A stretch of DNA of 64,000 bases from Cetorhinus maximus. Taxonomy: Eukaryota. The stretch is taken from the NCBI RefSeq assembly GCF_964194155.1, contig NC_135882.1, forward strand, positions 25,482,001-25,546,000, given 5' to 3'. Positions 10,960 to 24,100 of the stretch are shown here, piece by piece (position 1 is the stretch's first letter; every line of letters begins with the position of its first letter). The position numbers and the translations under genes were made by a program. The notes beneath the pieces are model-generated. The model had not been told where the DNA came from, ran no database searches, and worked only from the letters and a program-made list of their open reading frames with translations.

Positions 10960-11770
10960 ATACTGGAAAATCAATCTAAAATCCATAATTCTGCAGCTTA
11001 TCTTGTGTTCCAACAAAGCATCATACTGAGAGGTGGTGAAAGCACTGGACATGTTGTCCAGTATATTAATAACCAGTTTGATACATGCATTGGTTGACAT
11101 TGCAATCAGTTTCTAAGTTAGCCTGGAAGAAGTTGCAAGTGTTAAAGTTAAGGGAATTGGTGACTTTTCTTTAATGAACCATACAGTCAATATAATACAC
11201 ATTACCCTTACACACAAGGCATAACTCTGCAATTGATGCTTGGCTCACCTGGCACCTGCATAGAGAGTTCCTCTCTGTCAATATCATGCAACTATGATGC
11301 ATTCTGCAGATATATATGTTGACATTACACACAGGAGGTCCAACTCTGGTGCTCGTTGTTTCTGCAGGAATAATTTCCTTCATCTTAAACAACAACCACC
11401 AACAACAAACCGTTCATTTTACTTTAACTTGCTGGCCACAGCTTCATGGTTTATACTGAAATGCCTTATGATTCCATGCAATTTTATAATGGAAGAATTT
11501 CTTTCTCAGATGTCATTTTCTCAACAGTTCCTATTCTGTCGACATCTTACAGAAGCTTCATTTGCAGTTCATTTAAATAGCTATGGGAGCACTTTCTCTG
11601 AGGTTTGCTTTAAAACCTACCAAATAAATAAAGATTGCACCAGAACGAATGTGAATAAGTGGAAAAACACTAGTAACAGAATGTGGGAACAGCGCCCTGC
11701 AAAATTGCCTGAAGATTTACCTTCAAGATTCATAAGGGATATAATCTATAAACCATTTGACGGTGCCTAT
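10960..11770 (+). pseudogene. Possible highly decayed hAT (Tip100/ZMYM1-like) transposase fossil
   Basis: Motif-like pieces in the expected order across frames: YLVFQQSIILRGGESTGHVVQY, FYFN/AGHSF, RPAKLPED..RDIIYKPFD; weak similarity judged by eye. Confidence 0.3.
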
Positions 11771-11779
11771 ATAATGTGG

Positions 11780-12620
11780 GGTCGAATTTTCAACTGATAG
11801 TCCTTGCCAAAATAACGGGACCTGTAGCAGGTTGGAAACCTAGCGATAGTTTCAACGGGCTTTAAGTGAGTCACAGCATTAGCGTCTCACCTCTGAGTCC
11901 CCCTGGTTAATCAGAGAGGGTGGGTGGGATGATGCAGCAGACCTGACAAGGAAAGGATTTCTGATTAAAAGCACCCCAAAGTGGGTCAGAAAGGCTCTAA
12001 TGCCCATGGAGTTTTGAGGATGCAGCAACCAGAAGAATGGTGAGGAGACCTAGGAAGGCTGCTCCCTGGGTCTTTCATTCTCACCTGCAGGCCCTGCTGT
12101 GGGATCTGAAGGGTTTCAAGGAGGCGATCTTTCCCAAGGGTGGAAGGGAAAGGAGAGGCTCTCAAATCAAACAGGCGTGCATGGAAATGACTGAGTAAAT
12201 CAGCAGCAGAAGTGTGGCTCTTCCTACCCGGAGGCAGTGCACCAGAGGATCTAGGAGCACAGGATGCATGGCATGTCACTTTCAGGCCCTAAGGCCCTCA
12301 CTCTGACTTTTCCAGCATTCTCCTGCATAGCACTCCTCAGAATAACACGCCTTGCAGCTCCACTCACACCTCTCCCTCTCCAGATACTTCCTCATATCCC
12401 CTTATGAACAGCCGACCTTCACAATCGCCTTCGTCCAATTGCCCTCGCGCACCCATGCCTCACAGTCACCCTCCATAAATATTGCCCTTCCCAGCTGTTC
12501 ACATAAACCATTTCACACATCGAGAGCTCTCTGATTTCTATCATAATAAGAGAAGAGAGCACACAAGCTCGGGCAGAGATAGAGATCCCACTGACCACAA
12601 AACCCATCCCCCAATTCTTC
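11780..12620 (+). mobile_element. Harbinger remnant with decayed Myb/SANT-like ORF
   Basis: GGTCGAATTTTC terminus at about 11780; peptide EAIFPKGGRERRGSQIKQACMEMTE*ISSRS at about 12120-12215 resembles the other Myb remnants here. Confidence 0.55.
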
Positions 12621-12732
12621 TGGTTAGTAAATTTTAGATAGATTGAGATTTCCTTTTGCCCTATTTTAACTAAAACATTTAGTGCAAACTTTTTGTGTTC
12701 ATTCTAAAAATTGAAAATGGCACCAGGACTAT

Positions 12733-12915
12733 AATAAAAGCAAAATGTTGCAGATGCTGGAAATCTGAAATAAAAACAGAAAATGCTGTAAAAACCCAGC
12801 TGGTTTGGCAGCCATCTGTGGAGAAAGAAAGAGTCATATTGAACTTGAAACGTTAACTCTGTTTCTCTCTCCACAGCTGCTGCCAGACCTGCTGAGATTT
12901 TTCATCACTTTCTTT
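12733..12915. mobile_element. Short Penelope-derived fold-back element
   Basis: Inverted arms (AAAACCCAGCTGGTTTGGCAGCCATCTGTGGAGA / TCTCCACAGCTGCTGCCAGACCTGCTGAG); retains the GAAACGTTA half of the hammerhead motif. Confidence 0.75.
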
Positions 12916-12920
12916 TATAC

Positions 12921-13136
12921 TGTGATAACTGGATGTATAGCCACTCCCTCCTGTCAATCACAGGACATGTGATGTACTGTGGGGACTCCGACCAGCGAGC
13001 TCTTGGTGCGGACAATCTGCGGGGGCGGGGCTTTTCCGATGAGAGATCTGGTCGAGGAGGAAAGCGCTGAGAATGTATTTGTAATGAAGTTTAACTGTTT
13101 CTTGACAAAACCAGTTTGCTCCGTAGAGTCATCACA
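12921..13136 (+). repeat. Gypsy 5' LTR
   Basis: TGTGATAAC...GTCATCACA; direct repeat of 16867-17080. Confidence 0.95.
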
Positions 13137-13138
13137 TT

Positions 13139-13151
13139 TGGCGCCAAAGAT
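13139..13151 (+). promoter_or_regulatory. Primer binding site, degenerate, probably tRNA-Ser
   Basis: TGGCGCCAAAGAT two bases after the LTR; resembles TGGCGACGAGGAT, the complement of the tRNA-Ser(GCU) 3' end. Confidence 0.65.
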
Positions 13152-13226
13152 AAAATCAACTTTGACTCTGCACCTCGCACTGTTACTGTGAGGAAATCAA
13201 ATTTAAAAAGAACCTACTCACCAGTC

Positions 13227-16200
13227 ATGCCACTGTTTGGAAGAATCGACCCATATGATGCTAATATTGATGATTGGAGCCAGTGTGTTGAGTGCCTCGG
13301 ATTTTACTTTGTAGCAAATGAAATAACCGCCGAAGAAAAGTGGAAAGCGATTCTCTTAAGTGTGTGTGGCAGTAAAACATATAACTTGATTCGTAACCTG
13401 ACTGCCCTGAGCGCACCCAACTCCAGTCATATAGCGAATTAGTGGACCTAGTGAAAACACACTTACAACTGAAGCCATCCGTGATAATGCAGCGCTTTAA
13501 ATTCAATTCAAGAGTTCAGCCCTGGGAGAGTCCATCGCAGCCTATGTAGCGAACCTTAAACAGTTAACAGAAAACTGCGACTTTGGAGATGTTTTAAATG
13601 ATATGCCGTGGGACCGATTGGTATGTGGAGTCAAGGACGATGCCATACAGCGCCGCTTGCTTGCCAAGGTCGATATCCCCCACCATGGAAAGTCTGCGAG
13701 AGGCTCGCAGGCTTTGCAACACATGAGTAATGGCACAGTGCTTCATGTTGGGCGGGAACCTGACGTGCAAAATTAAAGTGCGATTCAACGGCCAATGTGA
13801 GAAACGTTAAGAAGCCGGACAGAAATGCTTCATCATTGGTTTCAAGACAAAATTGCTTTAGGTGTGGAGGTGGCCACGGAGCAGATACCTGTAAATTTCA
13901 AAGAGGCAAAATGCCATTCCTGTCATAAGAAGGGTCACGTGGTTAGGCAATGCCAGACAAAGTTGAAACAGTCTGCAAAACAGCAAACAAACATGATAGA
14001 AATAAGGGGTACGGCAAAGGCTGAAGCTGCTGCTCCTGATGTTTACCCCATATATAATGTGACTGCTGTGAAGACTGAGCCTATTATGGTGACAGTACAA
14101 GTGAGTGAGAAGCCACTGACAATGAAAGTGGATACTGGTGCCTCAGCTACAGTGATAGGAGAGCACACTTTCAGGTGTCTTAATGAAGGAACACAGCCAA
14201 TAAAATTGGAGCGGACAACCGCATTGTGCAAGGGCGGGCAGGAGCAGGCGCGAACTCGATTGGCGCCCCCGCTTGGGTGAGTGCCGCCATTTTACATGGG
14301 CGGACCAATTAAGGCCCGCCCAGTGTGACATGCGCCCGGGAGCACTCCCTGTGCGGGCGGGGGCGGGTTCCCTGAGTCGGTGCCTGTGCTCTTTCGCAAA
14401 TGCTCGCAAAAGAGCACAGAAATCTCCCTGAGGCACTTCTGTGCCTCAGGGAGATTAGTTTAAGGGTTAAAAATTTAAATAAAGAAACCAAAATATTTTA
14501 AGACGTCCCCTCATGTGACAGTGTCATATGAACTTGGACATGTCAAGGAACATTAATGAGAAAATTTATTTAATTTATAAAACCTTCATGAAACCTTATC
14601 CTGCCCATGGATGAGGTTCCATGAAAAATGCGAAGGCCACCTGGGCTCTTCGCCTGCCCGCCAACCTTAAGGTTGGACAGACAGCTCAGTTAATAACTTT
14701 AATTGATACTTAAATGGCCTTAATAGGCCTTTGACAGTTGGCTGCATGCCCGCCTAACTGAAAATCTAAATGACGCGTGGTGATGTCGGGACACATGCCC
14801 AACATCATCCCGCGTCATTTTACACCTCGGCGAGCGGGCCCCGCCCCTACTCGCCGAGCTGAATATTCTGGCCATAGTTCCAATGGTTAAGTCTGGCCAC
14901 ACCATACACATCTGAGGGGACTATAAATTGATTGTAAATAAGGCATTAAAACTAGATAAATACCCCATTCCAAGGAGAGACAACTTATATGCCAAGCTGG
15001 CTGGAGGCAAATCTTAAACAAAATTGGATATGAGCCACGCCTACCAACAATTAGAGCTGGATAGCATGTCGAGAGAGTAAGTGACTATTAACACACACAA
15101 AAGTCTCTATCAATACACACTTTTGCCCTTTGGAGTCTCGTGAGCATGTGCTATTTTCCAGAGAACAATGAAGAGTCTTCTGCAAGGACTCCCATGAGTG
15201 GTAGTATATTTGGATGATGTTCTCATCACTGTATCAACCGAGGCTGAACACTTGGCCAACCTGGAAGAAGTGCTAAGAAGGTTCATGGAAGCCGGCGTAT
15301 GGTTAAAGAAAGAAAAATGCACATATCAAGCACCAGAAATCACTTATCTAGGTCACAGGGTGGATGCCATGGGTTTGCATCCAGTAGAAGATAACATTTA
15401 GGCAATAAAAAATGCACTATGACCATCCAATGTAACAGGACTCAAGTCCTTCTGGGTATGATAAACTACCATAGCCGCTTCTTACCCAACCTGTCAACCG
15501 ATTTGGTACCATTACACTCGCTGCTGAAAAAGAACCACCATTGGTTGTGGAGCTCACAACAGGAAAAAGCCTTTGTGAAAGCAAAGAGATTGCTGCATTT
15601 GTCGTGTTTATTGGTGTACCACGACCCACCAAAAGAGCTGTAATTAACATATGATGCCACTCCTTACAGTGCAGAAGCCATGTTATCACATGAAATGGAA
15701 AATGGGACAGAAAGACCCATTAGTTATGTCTCAAGATCCCTTCCCCAAGCCGAGAAAGGCTATTCTCAGTCAGAAAAAGAGGGATTATCAGTCGTATTCG
15801 GTGTAAAAAAGTTTCACCAGTATGTACATGGATGACATTTTACCATTGTGTCGACCATAAACCATTTACGGGATTATTCAGTGAGGATAATGCCATTCTG
15901 CCAATAGCATCAGAAAGAATACAACGCTAGGTTCTGACACCACCTGCGTATGAGGATACTTTTATGTACCGTTCTGGCCTACACATTGCCAATGCAGATA
16001 CGCTTAGTTGTCTCCCTTTACCAGATAGTATTGTAAATACTCCCATTCCGCAAAAATTAGTGCTATTGTTGAATTTTTTAGATTCTTCACCTGTCTGTGC
16101 AGAATTAGAAATTGGATAAACAGAGATCCAATATTGTCGAAAGTCAGAGACTTTGTTTTGCAAGGATGGCCAAACTCACCTGTATCTGAAGAATTCAGAC

Positions 16201-16540
16201 CATTCCATGTCAGAAACACAGAATTAAGCTCTCAAGATGAAATTGTGCTGTGGGGTTCAAGAGTTGTCGCCCCATCACAAGGTAGAGAGCCACTCTTAGC
16301 AGAACTCCACAGTGCACATCCAGGCATATCAAAGATGAAATTGCTTGTGCAAAGCTATGTATAGTGGCCAGGCATTGACAGTGGCATTGAAAGCATGGTC
16401 AAGCACTGTCTCCATTCTCAGCAACAACAGAAGTTGCCTGTTTCAGCTCCCCTGCATCCGTGGGAGTGGCCTGATCGACCCTGGGTTCGGCTACATATCA
16501 ATTGTGTAGGACTGTTCTTAGTACTATGTTCTTGTTCATT
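13227..16540 (+). pseudogene. Gypsy gag-pol pseudogene
   Basis: MPLFGRIDPYD (gag start), CHSCHKKGHVVRQC zinc knuckle, VDTGA protease, YLDD RT, RNase H region (ERPISYVSRSL), LHSAHPGISKMK integrase zinc-binding region; many stops and frameshifts; integrase core missing. Confidence 0.93.
14222..14873 (+). mobile_element. Harbinger-type MITE inserted in Gypsy pol, left TIR lost
   Basis: Colinear with 7049-7744; right TIR GAATATTCTGGCC ends at 14873; pol resumes immediately as IVPMVKSG..GDYK. Confidence 0.88.
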
Positions 16541-16852
16541 CCAACAATTAACTGATTAACCTGTGATTAACATTGGACTGTCGACTTCTGAGATGTGAGA
16601 TCGACCTAGAACAGACATTCCGGATGTTTCAAAAGAGTTGCCAAATCCTGAACTGCCTATTTCCAATGGTGTGCCTCATAGTGCAGGTCCAGATCCTGTT
16701 GATCCTGCTCAGAAACCTCCAGTGGTAGAGCTACGCCGCTCTAGCCATATAAGAAGAGCACCTCAGAGGCTTGATTTATAATCACCTGAAATTGTTTATA
16801 TCTTTCTTGTATTGTCTAAATGTTTTTCTGTAAAGAATAATTGTAAAAAACC

Positions 16853-16866
16853 AAAGGGGGAGGAAA
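16853..16866 (+). promoter_or_regulatory. Polypurine tract
   Basis: AAAGGGGGAGGAAA directly before the 3' LTR. Confidence 0.9.
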
Positions 16867-17080
16867 TGTGGTAACTGAATGTGTAGTCACTCCCTCCTGC
16901 TTATCACTGGTCGTGTGATGTACTGTGGGGCTCCAACCAGTGAGATCTTAGTGCAGGCAATCCATGAGGCAGGGCTTTTCCAATGAGAGATTTGGTCGAG
17001 TGTGCAAGCACTGAAAATGTCTCTACAATAATGGTTGACTGTTTCCTGATGAAATCAGTCTGCTCCATAGAGTCATCACA
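16867..17080 (+). repeat. Gypsy 3' LTR
   Basis: TGTGGTAAC...GTCATCACA followed by TATAC. Confidence 0.95.
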
Positions 17081-18977
17081 TATACCAAGACTGTACCAAT
17101 AGTTTTGCCTGCTAAGTATGTGCTGTGAATGTATGGATAGCAGTTCAAACACAGCTCTTGAACCAAAGCATCCTCTCATGACCAATGTTTAATTGAATTG
17201 TATCAAGATATCAGAAAAAGTATAATTCGGTCTGTAAATTCTTGAAAACATAAAAGGAAATTCAAATTTTGAAGGCCAGCAGCCACTGGAGGGAATCAAG
17301 GAAATCCCCTGACCGTCTTTTCTTGGCATGCCTTATGATCTCCTACTTCCTTGTTCTTAATCCTGATATTTCCCCAATGTTGCCTTTAACTCTCGATTGA
17401 TGGCTGCACCACATCCAGAAGTAAGGTTAGTTCCACAAAAACTTTATGTTCGTTTGGCAGTTTTTCTAAAGCTTACTGTAACATGAATCATTTCTGAAGG
17501 ATGAGTCCCCGAGTGTTTTTCGCGAATCACAACTCCCTTGCGGCTTGGTACTCAATAAGCTGCACAGCTATTGCAATTTATTACTCTGAAACCTTACTGT
17601 ACGGGATGACAGGATTGAATTATTCAGTCAATATTGAAGAGTTGCCTTTTGTCATGAATGCATCTGATGGGATGAAATAGTGTAATAACCTATTTATCAT
17701 GTGTTTACCACTGATGCATTGCAACGAGTGCCACAAGGCCATTTGCTTGTATAGTAGAAACATTATTTAATATGGGACTTTGAAATGTAAAATAAAGATT
17801 AATGCAGTCCAGATATCGTGCATGTTTTCAAGAAGGGTTCGGGAAAGTGAGCAATAGTAATTTTTTCATGCTAATATTAATGTTCAATGGTATGGATAAT
17901 ATTTTACAATGAGGTTATACAAGATAAAACAATACTGAAATATTGTGCCAGCAAAATTATCAGGACAGGTAAAAGCGCAGAAAAGAGTAACCACAATAAT
18001 TCAAATTCCTCACCACTCGGTAGCCCCAAATTTAAATACATAAGTTAATATTGTTTCTCATTAGTTGCGGAACTCAGTCTAATAAAATCTAAGCAGTTTT
18101 AATCAATGAATTTTTTCCTTATCACATACACCTGCAAAGAGTAACTTAAGAGTGTGAGGGTGATTTTATTTTTTTTCAATACAAATTTGCATGGAACCAC
18201 AACTAGGTTCACATATGATGGTCAAGCATAAATTATAGAAGAATACTCACCATTATTCATCACATATACAAATATGTGCTCAAGTTAACAATAAATCATC
18301 ATTAAAAACATAAAATGGCTATGCTTCTGTAATTGCTTCTCCTTCTTTGTATATCAATGTTTGGCATCAGTCACATCAGTATTCTTATAAATCACCAAAT
18401 ATTTACTGCTGAACCATCTGCTGTTGTGTATTTGTTTTTTGTGAGATGCATGACTTTTTATCAGCCATGTTAAACTAAAGGAATATTACCTGGCTTAGCA
18501 GAATTAGTTACGAAATTAGATGATTTACTCTGTAGCATATTTTTAGATTCTGCAATATGCTTCTGCCAAGCTTTAAAAAGACTTATTTACAATACATTTT
18601 ACATGATTAATTACTGCTGATCAAATGTAGGGGTGGGTTTTGGAATTGCATCCAAAGAAGGTCAATGGTCTTTTTTACCAGATCTACTGGTGGTGGCCGG
18701 ACAAGGGGGGAGGAGGTAATGTGTCCATTCTGTCTGATAGCATTGATGGGTTCAGTCCAATATAAATCTGCCAAGCATTAGCCAACTCTTTTCTTAACCT
18801 TGCTGAAAACAAATATCAATGACTGCCATTAGTTAACAGCCACTTTCAGAGAGGGAGAGAATTAACACATTTTCATGAGGAGTATTAATTTGAGTTTTGT
18901 GTTCAAGGGAACATAAAGATGAGAACAAAATAAACAGGCAATCAGTTTCTACTGATTGTGTATGAAAGAAAAGCTTC

Positions 18978-19742
18978 TTATTCTTTCACAGGATGTGGGC
19001 ATCACTGGCTAGGCAGGCATTTATTGTCCATCCCAAATTTCCCTTGAGAAGGTGGTGGTTAGCAGCCTTCTTGAACCGCTGCAGTCCATGTGGTGTAGGT
19101 ACACCCACAGTGCTGTTAGGAGAGGGAGTTCTAGGACTTTGATCCAGTGACAGTGAAGGAATGGTGATATGATTCCAGGTAAGGATGGTGTGTGGCTTGG
19201 GGGGGAACTTGCAGGTAGTGGTGTTCCCATCCATCTGCTGCCCTTGTCTTTTTAGGTGATAGAGGTTGCAGATTTGGAAGGTGCTGTCTACGTAGCCTAG
19301 CTGAGTTTCTGCAGTGCATTCTGCAGATCATACACATTGCTGCCACTGTGCATCAGTGGTGGAGGGAGTGGATGTTGTAAGTGGTGGATGGGTGTCAAGT
19401 GAGCTGCTTTGTCCTGGATGGCTTTGAGCTTCTTGAGCGTTGTGGGAGCTGAACTCGTCCAGGAAAATGGACAGTATTCCATCACACTCCTGACTTGTGC
19501 ATTGTAGATGGTGGACATACTTTGGTGAGTCAGGAGTTACTCTCCGCAGAATTTCTAGCCTCTGACCTACTCTTGTAGCCACAGTATATATATGGCTAGT
19601 CCAGTTCAGTTTCTGGTCAATGATAAACCCAAGGAAGTTGATAGTGGAGGTTTCAGTGATGGTAATGGCTTGCATGTCAAGGGAAGATAGTTGGATTCTC
19701 TCTTGTTGGAGATAGTCATTGTCTGGCACTTGTGTGGCGCAC
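18978..19742 (-). mobile_element. LINE family A (CR1/L2 group), 5'-truncated 3' fragment
   Basis: LGFIIDQKLNWTSHI, STIYNAQVRSVMEYC, SKSxNSLPNSTVG; 3' tail shared with five other copies or SINEs in the window. Confidence 0.9.
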
Positions 19743-21122
19743 AATGAACATCTGCAACAAAAGAGAATCCATTGCAGAATGGTGGGGTTTTTCTACTGGG
19801 ATATATTCAGTTGTGATTTTGACCCGGTATTATTTTGTTTCATTGAAGGAATTACTTGACACACGGCTGAAACTTGCTGTGAAATTAACAGCCTGTTAAT
19901 GACACTTGCTCTTATTAATGCATAAATTGACCAGCCATTTCAGGGAATTAAGAGATATACCATGAGTTCCAAATCTCTCGAACTTATTGGTCAATTTACA
20001 GCACTCAGCCTCTGGCTTCACACAAGTGGCATCTTGTCCTTAGCCTTCTTGTTATTTTCAAGCACTTGCTAGATTTGTACATTAATTACATATTAAACTT
20101 GCTGCAAACAGATGGGGCTTGTAATTAGGAATGTGAGTAGCCATTTAATGATTTGGTAATTGTCAATGCAGTGTCTTCCAACCTCCCTCTACCTGATTTG
20201 ACTCTAATTCACCTTCCCTAATTCATCCTCCTTTTCCATTCTACATCTTTCTTAATTCTTAAATTTTATTGGTTAAGGAGATACCCTGTTGGTCCCACCA
20301 TTCGTTATGTTTCCAGGTGGCCCATTGGCCTCATCCTGCAAGCAAATAATGTGGTAAATAGTTTTTGAGCTGAAGTGTGCAGGAAAAGATTTAACTTACA
20401 CTGTATGCTGTGAGTTACCCTGTTCCAGTAAGATTTGGCATGATATGACTGGTGTTTGCTGGACATCTGTTCCATATATCTGTTACATACTATGCTGGGG
20501 TGGGGCGGGCAAAGTCTTCTGATGTCAAGTCTCATTAGAGGCTTGTCAATTTTATATTTGTGGGTATGGATTCTATGCCCACAATTAAAATTAAGTAGCT
20601 TGCTTATTTTTATGTTTCCTGATCAGCAGTCTTCAAACTTGGATTATACCTCCTCTCAATCTTGCTTTCTTCATTGAAAAGCACTTTGTTCTGTGACTTT
20701 CTTTTCACAATTTAGCTGTTGAGATTTCTCAATTTGCTATTTTAGTGCATTGGTTAATGCCTTTGTGTTAAGTCCCTTGATGCAATATTTTTAGTACATT
20801 GTTTGATGCCTTCATTATCAAATTCCTCTCAGTGTTACTTTTCGTGCATTGGGTATATGTGATCTTGTTAAATTCGTCTGCATACTATTTTAACAAGGCT
20901 ATTGACTGATTTATTTTTATCAAGCACATAAAAATTTCAACTCCTTCAAGAAGAATAAAAAAATGTATATTTGAAAAGTGTTTTGAGTGTTAAAAGTAGA
21001 ATAATCCAGGGACTTCTTCTATGAAATAAATCCTTGCTGTCCAGCAGTAAACTACCCATGACTGACTCACATCTAAAGGAGTTATTAAACAGCTCATGGT
21101 GGAAGGTCCTCACAAATCTAAC

Positions 21123-24100
21123 CAGGTCACTGGCTGGGCCAGCATTTATTGCCCATCCCTAATTGCCCTTGAGAAGGGGTTGGTGAGCTGCCTTCTTGAA
21201 CCGCTGTAGCCCAATGCTGTTAAGGAGAGAGCTCCAGGATTTTGACCCAGCGACAGTGAAGGAACAATGATATATTTCCAAGTCAGGATGGTGCATGGCT
21301 TGGAGGGGAACTTCCAAGTGGTGGTGTTCCCATGTATTTGCTGCCCTTGTCCTTCTAAATGGTAGTGGTCATGAGTTTGGAAGGTGCTGTCTAAATAGCC
21401 TTGGTGAATTCCCACAGTGCATCTTGCAGATGGCACACACTGCTGCTACTGTGCGTCAGTGGTGGAGGGAGTGAATGTTTGTGGAAGGGGTGTTAATCAA
21501 GTGGGCTGCTTTGTCCTGGATGGTGCCAAGCAACTTGAGTGTTGGTGGAGCTGCACTCATCCAGACAAATGGAGAGTATTCCATCACACTCCTGACTGGT
21601 TGATGCAGATGGTGGACAGGCTTTGGGGAACCAGGAGGTGACTTTCTTGTCACAGGTTTTTTAGCCTCTGACCTGCTGTTGTAGCCATTGTATTTATATG
21701 GCGAGTCCAGTTCAGTTTCTGGTCAATAGTAAGCCCCAGGATATTGATAGTGGGGGATTCAGTGATGGTAATGTCATTGAATGTCAAGGGGTGATGGTTG
21801 GATTGTCTCTTGTTGAAGATGGTCATTGCCTGGCATTTGTGTGAAGCAAATGTTACTTGCCACTTGTCAGTCCAAGAATGGATATTGTCCAGGTCTTGCT
21901 GCATTTAGACATGGACTGCTTTAGTATCTGAGGAGTTGTGAATGGTGCTGAACATTGCGCAATCATCAGTGAACATCCCCACTTCTAGCCTTATGATGGA
22001 AGGAAGGCCATTAATGAAGCGGCTGAAGATGACACTACCCTGAGGAACTCCTGCAGTGATATCCTGGAACTGAGATGATTGACCTCCAACAACCACAACC
22101 GTCTTCCTTTGTGCTAGGTATGACTCCAACCAGCGGAGAGTTTTCTCCCCAATTCCCATTGACTCCAGTTTTGCTAGGGATCATTGATGCCACACTCAGT
22201 CAAATTCTGCCTTGATGTCAAGGGCAGTCACTCTCACCTCGCCTCTGGAGTTAAGCTATTTTGCCCATGTTTGAACCAAGGCTGTAGTGAGATCAGAAGC
22301 TGAATACCCCTGACAGAACCCAAACTGAATGTCAATGAGCAAGTTATTGCTCAGCAAGTGCCGCTTTGAAGGGTTCTCAAAATTCCCACATTTTTCATAT
22401 CATCAACAAGGATATGACTTTTGGACTTTTATGAAAGAGGACCCAATTGCTGAGTTAAGTGTAGAACCCTGCAGACAGGAGGCTAGGCCCATGAAGGCCT
22501 GGGACTGGACATGCCCGGGCTTGTTGAGTGCAATGTGGATTGTTGCCTGAAGCCAGACAACGAGCGGAGACAGAATATGCATACTTCCCTTTAAAACAAT
22601 CAACCCAGAGAAAGACTTCATCTTACATGAAATTAAAGCCCATAAAAATCTTGCATAAATAATCGCTACTAACTACTAAGGCAGCAATCAATGCAATTAT
22701 GCGAACCTATCAGTATGATACATATACAATGGCTTTCAGTTCAAGACTAGTTATGGGGACAGGAAGACAATGATAAACGTCATGTAGGCCCATTAAAAAC
22801 AACGAGACAACAATCACCTGAAGAAGCCCACCAAAATTAGACAAAGAACTAACCTTGATTTGGATTCCGATAAGAAATTCGAAAAACAGTATAACTGGGC
22901 CACCAGTTACAAAGGGTGAGCAGTTTTTTTGAGGGTGAGCAGTTTTGGAGCGGTTGAAGCAGAGTTTAAGCAGGGAGAGGTAGCTGAGCCAAGCGGAGGG
23001 AGGAGATCTGGAGGTTTGCAGGCCCGCAGGCAACATCTCGGCGAGGGGCACGGGGTGGCAGGCTCAACTGAAGACAACAAGGCAGTAACCACAGCCCTCC
23101 ATGAAGATCAACCATCCATAACCGCACCCTCCACCCAACTGAAGAACCTTCGCAGATTCCACAGACCAGGACCACGTGGGGTCGGCAGGCTCCAGAGGAC
23201 ACAAAGTGCGCATCCCAAAACTGCAACCGGCTCACCTGGCTGGATTTCGAACTGTCAAGGAAACCTGGTTGGTGAGCATAATCCCTGACATCTCCTAGTT
23301 CAATTTAGTTAGGTTTTGGTGGTGGGACAAGGGTAAGAGGATTAGTAGCGTGATTTTCCCTTGTTATGACGTGTGTTCCCCATTCTTAACTAAGTGTACT
23401 TTGTAGGTCTGCATAATCTCAGTGCAATCCTAATGTTATAAGTTCATTTGTGACTTCAATAAACCCAGTTTTTTTTCTTGCACCAAAACCAGTTGTCTGC
23501 TGCACTTTGTCACAACCCCCAAATAAGTCCAAAGTCTAGAACCCAGGGAGTGGGAGCGATTCGGACCGCTCAGAAGTCAGAGGTGAAGCTGACACACACC
23601 AGCACCCCCTACAGCTTGATAGCACTGTTGATGACCCCTTCCATTACTTTACCGATGATGGAGAGTAGACTGATGGGGGTAATTGGCCAGGTTGGATTTG
23701 TCCAGCATTTTGTGTGCAGGGCAGACCTGGGCAATTTTGTAGTTGTACTGGAACAGCTTGGCTAGGGGTGCAGCAAGTTCTGGAGCACAAGTCTTCATTA
23801 CTATTGCCGGAGTATTGTCAGGACCTTTGCAGTATCCAGTGGCTTCAACTATTTCTTGATGTCACGTGGAGTGAATCAAATTGGTTGAAGACTGGCATCT
23901 GTGATGCTGGGGGCCTCTGGAGGAGGCTGAGATGGATCATCCACTTGGCAGTTCTGGCTGAAGATTGTTGTGAATACTTCAGCCTTATCTTTTGCGCTGA
24001 TGTGCTGGGCTCCTCCATCATTGAGGATGGGGATATTTGTGGAGCCTTCTCCTCCAGTGAGTTGTTTAATTGTCCACCACCTTCACAACTGGATGTGGCA

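Larger units (their letters stand above)
12921..17080 (+). mobile_element. Ty3/Gypsy (Mag-like) LTR retrotransposon, two LTRs, decayed
   Basis: TG...CA LTRs at 12921-13136 and 16867-17080; 5-bp TSD TATAC at 12916-12920 and 17081-17085; PBS and polypurine tract present; domain order gag-PR-RT-RH-IN. Confidence 0.96.

Noticed and set aside
11294-11797. GPCR or other membrane-protein exon
   Set aside because: Hydrophobic stretches lack diagnostic motifs; a transposase fossil fits better, though weakly
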